DNA of 56,770 nucleotides, filler included, from Perkinsus olseni (Eukaryota): NCBI GenBank assembly GCA_013115125.1. It is 2 parts of 2 records of this genome, joined end to end, with 100 filler letters (N's around TTAATTAATTAA, not from the genome) between each part and the next. Parts side by side here need not be neighbours in the genome. Positions count along the whole stretch, not along the records: positions 28,457 to 56,770 come from JABANN010000450.1; 1 more part is not named here. One strand, 5' to 3'. Shown piece by piece: positions 48,070 to 56,770 of this stretch (position 1 is its first letter; each line of letters starts with the position of its first letter). The notes under the pieces were generated by a model. It saw only the letters and a program-made list of their open reading frames with translations, ran no database searches and was not told where the DNA came from. The position numbers and the translations under genes were made by a program.

Positions 48070-50259
48070 ATGTCTAAGAGACCGGTCTCTGGTATCAACG
48101 GGGAGGAGGGGGAGAGCGGCGGCTCACCGGAGCAGCAACAACAACAACAACAAAAGTAAATCCTGGCGTGACTGATTACTAAAAATCCAATTGGTCACAG
48201 GGTTGATAGCGGGCGGGGTTGATCCAGGGGAGAACAGAAAAATAGATTCTCCCCTAAGGAAATGTACGTGGAAAATAGACCGATACTGGTGGAGCCGGCA
48301 CAGGCCTGTCTCCACCGCCGTCGTCGCCTAGGAGCCACTGTGCAACGAATTCTTAAAAAATCACATTTTTTTCATTTTGGCCGACACTTGTTGAACGGCG
48401 GAGCCGATGAGTTGATTCGAAGTTACTGTAGCTGGTACTCGTATAAAACCAACATTTGCCGAACTCATAATTCGATTCAGTCCGATTTGAGCTTGCGTAC
48501 ACCTTCTGGGGAACGCAACAAATTCTTAGAACAGCAACTCGCGCTGTTAAAAACACTAGTTCAGTGCCCGGTGGGTGGGGACGGAGTCTTCCGCTCGGTG
48601 AGTCGGTACGGTGCAAGCTGAGATGCTCGAAGATATGCTGAAGGGGCTATGCGATGTATGTTCAGGAAAGCTAAGATATCTCATAGTGGTGGAGATGAGA
48701 CGATCCCGTACGGACTGAAGAAGGGCATGGAGATTCTGGTGAAGTGGGAACTTGTGGACGACGAGGTGAGCACCACTCTTGCATCATCGCGAATGGTGGC
48801 CTGTGGGGAAAGGCGAGCGTGGTCGCCCATAGTGCTGGTGAAGGGTCACAGTTCCGGTACCCAGGCATGCTCCTTGCAGGCTGACCCAGAGGACCCGAAT
48901 GCTGTGGCTCGAGTATGGTGGCCGGCGACGGTCGAGAGCATCTCGAAGGAGACAGGTGAGCAGTGGTGGGCTACACTTGGTGATCGTTAGTTGCGGTAGG
49001 AGATGCGGTTCTGAGCTACACTGGGCACGGTTCTGAGTACCCTGCAGAGGTTGCTGCGGTGAAGGTGGAGGCAGACCACACTCTGAGGGACACCAATGGA
49101 GTGCCCCAGGACTGGAAGGAAGTTCCACCCTATAAGGCCGGAGAGGAGTTGGGCGTAATGCCGACAAGGTTCGGGAGTCTTCGATAGGTTGGGCTTAGGG
49201 TGATGTTACGTGCCCAAGGGGGCATGCTTCGAGACTGCTCACTTGGGGAGCCAGGAGAGAGGCGATGAAGAAGGAAAGGAGTGGTACTAGCGAGACGACG
49301 GCAGGTAGGGTCATGGAGCTGAGCTGCTTCCATCATCATTAGTGATCAGACGACGCCCCGCTGGTCTGTGACGTATGCCTTACTATTAGCAGTGACCCTG
49401 CACAAGTCGTAACGCACTGCACGGACTGTGGGGACTGGGACACTTGCCGGTAATTGTCCGCATCCATCGCCCGCCTATCGAAGTCCTAAGTAGGTACTGT
49501 ATAGCGATGTGGAGGAGGACCGGAGAGTGGCCGCTGGACGCTGACGTGAAGGTGATTCACCGTGGGGTGCATTCTCGTCCACGGTTTGTGCTCAGAAGAG
49601 ACAGGCTGAGGATGCTGCAATGGAGATCGGCGATCTCATCGAGATGGTCGGCAACGAGATGAGTGATGGCAGCTTTTTGTGATGCTGTGTACCGACGCCT
49701 GTTACTGTGTCAGCCCCGGAAGCAGTTCAATCGGCAGCCCACGACGAGTTCGGGGAGTTACCGGCGTATCAGCAGCAGATCTTGGCCACGGGCTTCAGGA
49801 CCTTTATAGATACGTTTAAAGCGGAGCTCAGGAAATTTAGTGTGAGTCGCACTGCTGCTCTGCGCACAGCGAAGGATTCTCTCTCTGATGAGTCTGAGCT
49901 GGCGGAGGTGTTCGGTGACCCTACCCTGAGAATTTGTTTCGGAATTCCGCCCGAGATTCGAAAACGTGAATTTCGGGGATGTTTCAGGGACGAACTGTAC
50001 ACTCTTATCGGGAAAACAGGGAAAAAATGGAAAATTACGAAGCCAGGGGGGAGAACCAAAAAATTTGAAAAATTTGGAGGTAGGGCAAATTTTTGGAAAA
50101 GCCTGTGGGAGTTATGTTTCTGAAAAGGGAATCTTGGATGATGCTCAGGCCACTAACACAGCACGGGTGATAACTGAGAGGGATATGAGGATTATACTCG
50201 ACCGATGCCGAGACTGCTTGAAATCTGCTATGTCCCTACCGGACTCGACGACCAATTGA
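48070..50259 (+). CDS. Hypothetical multi-exon protein with a Tudor-like segment
   Basis: MSKRPVSGINGEEG...; LKKGMEILVKW...RVWWPATV; AHDEFGELPAYQQQILATGFRTFIDTFKAELRKF; last exon ends DSTTN*. Confidence 0.55.
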
Positions 50260-50324
50260 TCATCATTACCATTACTCATGCAACTGTTGTTATTTAATGT
50301 TATTATACGTCTTTCACCCAGCCT

Positions 50325-51170
50325 AATGAAGCTGCTGCTGTCGCTGCATCAATCGTCGAGGAATAGAATCGGTTTCAATGCTAGGCCTACGCACTTGTGT
50401 TGATTGTGAGCGCGAAGTGGTTGAGTATAAATCACCGCGGCAGAGAGTTGTTGTACCACCTCCTCGGGACCAAGTGCAAGGGCACTATGCCATACGTGGA
50501 TGAGCTTTGACGTGCCAAATCGGATCATTCCGGATGTGAGCGCCGACGTGAAGTTGACGGCTTCGGCGAAGCCGCTTCACTGAGCGAGCTCCGCGTTACG
50601 AAGGCCTAGTGTAACACAAATGTTTTGTCGACACCGGAGAAAAGTTAATACTGATTCAACATCTCATGCTTCATTTACCGCTGGATTGAGGATACGCGTT
50701 GCTTTTTCTGTTGTCCATCGGCACCACACGAAAGAACTACCTGCTCATTATCACTGAACGCAATGGTCTAACAACATCTTCATCACCAACGCCAAGACGT
50801 CAAGGGTCCATGGTGGAAAGCGTGAACTTACTGTGGCTCAGCTGGTAGTGAGAACGAGCCGCCTGCTGCGGTACCATCGAGACCGGCCCATCCGTCCAGC
50901 GGGGGCGTACACCAAACGACGCTGAAAACGAAGTCAGGGGCTCATCCATAATTCGGGAATTTTACGTGTAAAAATTTTTTTCCAGAATCAATTCTGAGTT
51001 TCGGAATCAGTTTGCTGAGTGAGGGCGGTAGCGTAGGAGCTTACTGTTCGGATTCTGTCGGTAGTTGTTGTTGACGCTGTCCTGCGTGATGAGAGACGGG
51101 CAGAGTCCAGTGCCGAGCCTAGCGTGGCGAGGGTGGAGTAGAGGACTATGGACGCTAGAAGGGCATGCAT
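50325..51170 (-). CDS. Possible small secreted protein, multi-exon
   Basis: Signal-like MHALLASIVLYSTLATLGSA followed by GT-AG-bounded segments; 3' end uncertain. Confidence 0.3.
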
Positions 51171-51469
51171 TCAAGGGGAGGAAGGGTCAACGGAAGGGGA
51201 AAGGTAGCTGTCAGCCATCATAAGGCGAACGGCCATGAAAACGCAAATCCCTAACTCCGTCGCAGTATCTTGCGCTGTAGGGCGGGCGCGGTGTTTTGCT
51301 GAGAAATCTCAAGGTAGAGCAAGTGAGCAAGATTAACCTGGATTGGGTCCCGCGCGCGGCCCGCAGAAGCCAACTAGTTGGGGTCCAATCTCTCATCTGC
51401 TGTCTTCTTATCGTCCGACACTCACCTTGGCTTTAGCGTAGATTCTCATCGTAGCGAGAAAGGATCATC

Positions 51470-52752
51470 GGAATGCACTCGACAGTCAGCTCGCCGCCAT
51501 CAAACCCACTGAGGTGGCCACTGGTATCATCAGAGGCCCATTCCTGTTGTGAGGAAGAAGTTCAGCAGGACGCGGGTTCGAACCGGAGGGGAGGGTATTT
51601 TTCCAGGCCTTTTTTCACATGCCTTTCCTATCCCGCAATACGATGATGCTGTTGCCAGTGGGAGTCGCCCTCGCTGGCATCTTGCTCACGTAAGGAGACT
51701 CCCAACCGCCTCCCGTCTATGCTGAGCTCAGGTTCGCGGGGTGTAGCGGCTGTTGCTGCTTCTGCAAGCATGATGTCCCTGCCGAGGGTCCGGTCCAGCC
51801 ACGACAGTCGGGCCATTGGAGGCTGAGGAATCTGAGGGAGTTCCTGAGGGACCACACGCCGTTTAGGAAAAAAGTGAGCGGAGCGTAGAAGAGGAGCTGA
51901 AGGGCGTGATGGGGCGGCCGATTCAGAAGCCTAAAAACGAGGTGAAGGTGCTCAATTTGGAACCACTCCGAGACACGACGGAGGAGCCGACCACAACGGG
52001 TTCTCCCGTAAACAGGCTCCCACATGCTGTCACAGAAAGTCCGCTGCCAGATGATGTAGTGACCACGGATTGAACCTCTGCGGTTTCCCAAATAGCAGGT
52101 CATTGTTCAGGATGAGAAGGAATTGCCGCAGACAACGGCGAGTGATGAAGTGAGAATTAAGGCTTGGGTCGGGCCGTCCAGAAAATCGCGCGCACCCCTG
52201 GCTCACAATCCGACATTATGTCGGCGACATAGTTTGCTTTAAACCACTCGTCGAGATCTTACTATATCTAGTCGTATGAGGAGGTTGTTAAAAAAATTCC
52301 CAATGAGCCAGGGAGCTCTCCCCTCGCCCGTCCGTCCAATCACAAGAGGCCTCCGTTTTTCTCAACGTATTTTATTCAGGCTCCGACCACTGGTACCGCT
52401 ACTTCGAGTACTTCCACTCCGACGACGACCGAACCCGCGGACTCGGGCAAGGGGCCGGGTGGAAGCGGAAGTATTCTTGGGGAGGAGGATCTGAAGGTGG
52501 GGCCTTCTTTTGGCGCTTATTGTGCCATTGTCTCTTGCCGCTCAGGATGTCTCCAATTCTTTGGCACGGAATAGAGATGGTTCATCCACCCTGCCTGGTG
52601 AACCCTTCCTTCATGTCGACCCTATCACAGGCCCCCCTGAGGATGATGTTGAGGCTCAACCGACGACCACTGCGGTAGGTTCACCGGCAAAGGAAGATTC
52701 TTCGAGATTGCCGCCTGGCACCGTCTCAGCCTACCTCTCCCTCGGATTGTAA
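51470..52752 (+). CDS. Hypothetical single-pass membrane protein with Cys cluster and acidic Thr/Pro-rich tail, multi-exon
   Basis: MMLLPVGVALAGILLT|FAGCSGCCCFCKH, then short exons (VKVLNLEPLRDTTEEP; APTTGTATSST; DVSNSLARN). Ends uncertain. Confidence 0.45.
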
Positions 52753-53087
52753 TCCACCAGACCAGCCGGTGGCGGACTCGCCGTATCCCACTCCTTGCCG
52801 ACTGCAAGGTTGAGCTTATTCATTGTGTTCAATGTGCTCATGCTTTCTTGTGTGTCCACCGTAAGTGTTGTTGCTACTACCGTAGACTCGAGTTCTTCAG
52901 TTGCTAAGTAAAAGGGTTGGGGCCGAACCTGGCTTGCGAAGGTTGTCTCTTTTCATCGCTGAACGCGTGTACAAGTGAATTGTGCGCGGTGTCGCACATT
53001 AGTGCCGTAGCGAAGGCAACCTTGTCGGGAATTGTGAGGAAGGATTCACTTGCCAATGAAGCTGGACTTCTCGCAGGCATTGGCAGC

Positions 53088-55530
53088 ATGACCAGATTCG
53101 ACTCTTTTGGGGATCAGACCAAGTTCTGTGAGCCTGCTTGGTATCAAGGTAGGAGACGATTGACTCGCCTCGCCTGCCTTGCTTGATGGAGTATCCGTCA
53201 AGGTCTTTACAGGTGCCTTCACGCCTTACTACACAGCTTCGCATGCTGAGTTTAGGAAACGAGTGAGAGATTTCATGGCGAAGGAAGTCGAGCCGTACGC
53301 TGAGGGTTGGCTGCAGAAGGGCGAGTACGTCGGGAACAGGGCAACAACTTTGCGACGATCGCACGGTCACTTTCAAGGTATCCTTTGAGCGTTCACAAGA
53401 AGATGTATGACGTCGGACTGCAGCAAGCCGTACTCAGGGTACCCCCGGAACTTGGCGGCGCCTCAGCGGGTATGTGAGACGCTTTCTTATGGGCATGTCA
53501 GTCGCTGTCTTAGCTCACTCCCCTGCGCGCTCAATTCCATGGTCACGCGTCTCGGAGTTCCAGGCTAGACACGCGTAGCGATTCGCCACTGGCGAATACA
53601 CTTTGCGAACCTGCAGTGGCTTCTTAAGTTTCGAAAATGAACTCGTGAACTCGAAAGGTCCCGCCACTGGATGAGGACCACTCCCTCTGTTGTACACTCG
53701 TCGCGTGTCCCGGGATACGACGTCACGCGACTGCGGCGTCTCTGTACATGCGCCTATAAGCATGATGCTTGGAGCTTGCATAGTTTGTTAACTGCCTCGG
53801 TAGCTCAGTCGGTAGAGCGCGTGCCTTTTAAGCCCGTGGTCGTGGGTTCGAGCCCCGCCCGAGGTGTTTATAGCTGAGTCTTTCTTCGTGATATGTTGGC
53901 CTTCTTGAAGTACAGTCGGTGCTCCATGGAAGTCCGTTCGTCGGGTTATCTGATATATTTCCTCATTTCGAGCCTGACCCGTCTCAGATGAGTATGACAT
54001 CTTCCATGAGATCATATTCTTCGATGAAGTGGCCCGTCATGAATGCTATCCTCGTATGGTAAGACTCCTGTAGATGCTGCCGAAGTGATCGACCCTATCC
54101 TCCTCAGATAAGCATCGATTCGATGGCTTTGCCTCCACTCGTCAAGTATGGTCCAGCTCATTTGCGTGAAAAGTATTACGTGACCTAGTTTCCCACTTTC
54201 CTAGTTTTCAGATGTGATTAACGAGTGTTGCTAGCTTCGAGCTGTTGACTTCGGAACGCTTTGAAACTTTAGGTTGGTTCCGCAAGTCATCCGTGGCGAG
54301 AAGCATATTGCTCTGGGGATATCGGAGCCCACTGCCGGAAGTGACGTCGCGCAAATTAAAACGACTGCCCTCAAGCGGGGCGATAAATATGTCGTGAACG
54401 GGTGAGACAAGGGCGACCTGTATGGGCGAAGCCTCTCCCTCGAATCAGGCAGAAGAAATGGATTACTGGCGGTTTGATCGCGGACTACATTACGCTGGCT
54501 GTGCGCACCGGGTCGGAGGGAATGAACGGTATATCGCTTTTCTGCGTGGACATGAAGTCACCTGGCATCTCAGTGAGGCACGGGCAGTTCGACAACTCAA
54601 GAGACTCATCGCATACTGTCGCAGGTTCGTCCACTTCCAACAATGGCTGACACCGATTTGAAATCGACCTTCATAACCTTTGAAGATGTGTAAGTGTGAA
54701 TGAGGAACGACCACAGGGTAGCTGTTGTTGCGGGCAGGGAGGTCCCGGCGGCCAACTTGATCGGCGTGGAAAACGGTGGTTTCATTCCTCTCATGGAGAA
54801 CTTCAACCACGAAAGGTGGGAACTTGGCCCGGTTAAGGTATGGGGAGCCTACATGTGGTTCAGGTTGGTTATCTCCGTCGGGGCCGCGAGAGGAGCTCGT
54901 CGATGCTACTCTTTGGCGCTTCAGTAGCTCAACGCTCCGACACCATCGATGCTCCCTCTGCCTGTCATCCGTTGGATGATCACCTCTCCACAGGCACGCT
55001 CTGAAACGCAAAACTTTCGGCAAGAGGTTGATCGACCACCAAGTAATCCGTTATAAATTGGCCGAGATGGCAAGAATGGTGAGAGAAGAGCTGTCGCGGG
55101 TGTATGCCGATCTGTCGCCTCAGGTGGAGTCCCTCTGGGCGGAGGTCGAACACGTTGGCCTGCAGTTCAAAGAGAGAGTGTCCGATCGCCGCATGGGCGA
55201 GGATTGCGCCATCCTCAAGGTCAACGCCTCCAAGGTCGTCGTCCAGTCTCACTTGGCCTATTGACAGGATATGTTTGTCCGTCTCAGGCATTCGAGTTCT
55301 GCGCCAGGGAGGCTGTCCAAGTATTTGGTGGAGCGGGAGTGACGAGGGAAGGTCAGGGACGTTATGTGGAACGCCTCTACAGGTATGGTTACATTCTGAA
55401 CACTTCACCCTCCCCCATCAGACCCCTTGTTCCCCTCAGGAGTGTTCGTTTGAGTGCTATACCCGGTGGCAGCGAGGAGATACTTCTCGACCTCACTATG
55501 AGAATGGTCGCTGCCAAGGCGCGCAGTTGA
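53088..55530 (+). CDS. Acyl-CoA dehydrogenase, multi-exon
   Basis: FCEPAWYQG, YYTASHAEFRKRVRDF, ALGISEPTAGSDVA, KKWITGG, GVENGGFIPLMENFNHER, RKTFGKRLIDHQVIRYKLAEM, AVQVFGGAG, IPGGSEEILLDL. Confidence 0.93.
53794..53866 (+). tRNA. tRNA-Lys(TTT) inside an acyl-CoA dehydrogenase intron
   Basis: GCCTCGG/CCGAGGT acceptor stem, GCTC-AGTCGGTA-GAGC D arm, CTTTTAA anticodon loop (one T-C mismatch in stem), GTGGG-TTCGAGC-CCCGC T arm; only TTT downstream. Confidence 0.85.
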
Positions 55531-56770
55531 ATGTCTTGAGATGTTGTCTTGAGTGAATTTTTTCATTTTTCTCAAGCGAGGTGTTGAGTTTCGTGAGGAT
55601 AAGGATGTCAATGAAGAGCAGGACTGGATCGGAAAAAGAAGAAGAAAGAGCAACCGATTTCACACATACACACGGACACTACGCCTTGAGTGAGGCACCC
55701 ACATTCCGCAGCCGCTTTTTTCGAACCTTTTCGTTTTCCGCGCCGATCGCGTTCGGGTGCTTGCATCTGTGGCAATGACCATTCAGACTATACTCAGTAT
55801 TGTATGCTGTACATCATATACACGAAGCTCATTCTGATTCGCCTGGTTCTTGAAAATTCGAGGTTGGAATTCTTGTCCGCAGCAGTTGCGATGTAGTTTC
55901 CTCGCTGAGAATCGATGGGGGGAACTCGATGTGCATCTTCCGTTCCGCTTAAGACTTTGCAATCCAGTCGCTGGCAGCGACTCGCTGCTCTCGGTCGACG
56001 CGACGAAGCAGCCCGCCACGGCTGCTATCGAGGTGCATCAGGCGCTACGTTGTAGCCGGTCGAGCTGCAATGCTACTCACCGATGAACCTCGGTTGAGCC
56101 CTGGCGGAGTGAAGGGCATGGTAGAGCGAGACGATACTCCTGGTGTCAAGAACAGGAGGGGCGAACTACAGTTCTCTTTGGCCGTGCCAATGCCGATAAA
56201 GCCGTGTGGGGACATTCTTCGACTTTCTAGTCTGTCGGCTATCATCTGTGGCCTTCATTCATGACATCAAGGAACACGGTCTTAGGCTGCTTCAAGGCCT
56301 AATCGCTTCTGGCCCGCTTTATCAATTCCCTGCTACCTATTCTCAGTACGCTGCGCACAATTGTCATGTGAGATAATGGAATTCACCAGATTCGAAATCA
56401 CATCAGCTATGCACCTGGTTCGTGCCACTGACTGACGTATCCGTTACCAACAGCATTGCTGCTTACCAAGTTGCGAAGGATTTGAGGGTCCACCGGTCCA
56501 CCTAAATCCACTTAGGACGTGTTGCGTGTGGAAACAGTTGCGAGTCAGCTGCCTCAGCAGCCCGACTCGAAAGCGGGAAGGACTATGTCAAGAAGGGTTT
56601 CGCATCACTCAATACACACCAATTATAGTTCTATAACGCCCTGCGTTATAGAACTCTGCACGCGCTGCCTCGTTTGTGAGTAAATGAGAACTGTCTACTT
56701 TTTGTGCTGTTATTGTGATCTCCTAAGCGTATCTTAGCGTAGCTAGTAGCGATAGCATCGTTCCCATTAT

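Noticed and set aside
48200-48232. Possible antisense initiator-tRNA 3' relic in an intron
   Set aside because: Too degenerate to separate from chance.

Overview
Eukaryotic, intron-dense genomic DNA with many 40-70 nt GT-AG introns. Gene style and gene families suggest a Perkinsus-like alveolate (inference). A 100-nt artificial assembly linker (N44-TTAATTAATTAA-N44) lies at 28357-28456. Left of it: two tandem CbiX/SirB-type chelatase paralogues (one ending in Cys-Pro motifs plus a predicted tail anchor), SSNA1/DIP13, two hypothetical genes, a TE-rich island with five intronless alpha-carbonic anhydrase copies (two complete with a Cys-rich C-terminal module, one end-truncated, one frameshifted, one fragment), a decayed three-repeat secreted-protein gene, two MITE-like elements, LINE debris and a kinesin. 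Right of it: an orphan VPS13 exon copy, LINE debris, a ~15 kb VPS13 gene, hypothetical genes and an acyl-CoA dehydrogenase with a tRNA-Lys(TTT) in an intron. Most unusual signals: (1) several short spliceosomal introns consist largely of tRNA 3'-half-like sequence, mostly antisense; (2) eukaryotic CbiX-like chelatases, one with putative heme-regulatory motifs and a membrane anchor; (3) recurring overlapping palindromes with 1-nt centres, one built from carbonic anhydrase coding sequence. Exon structures were read by eye and are approximate.
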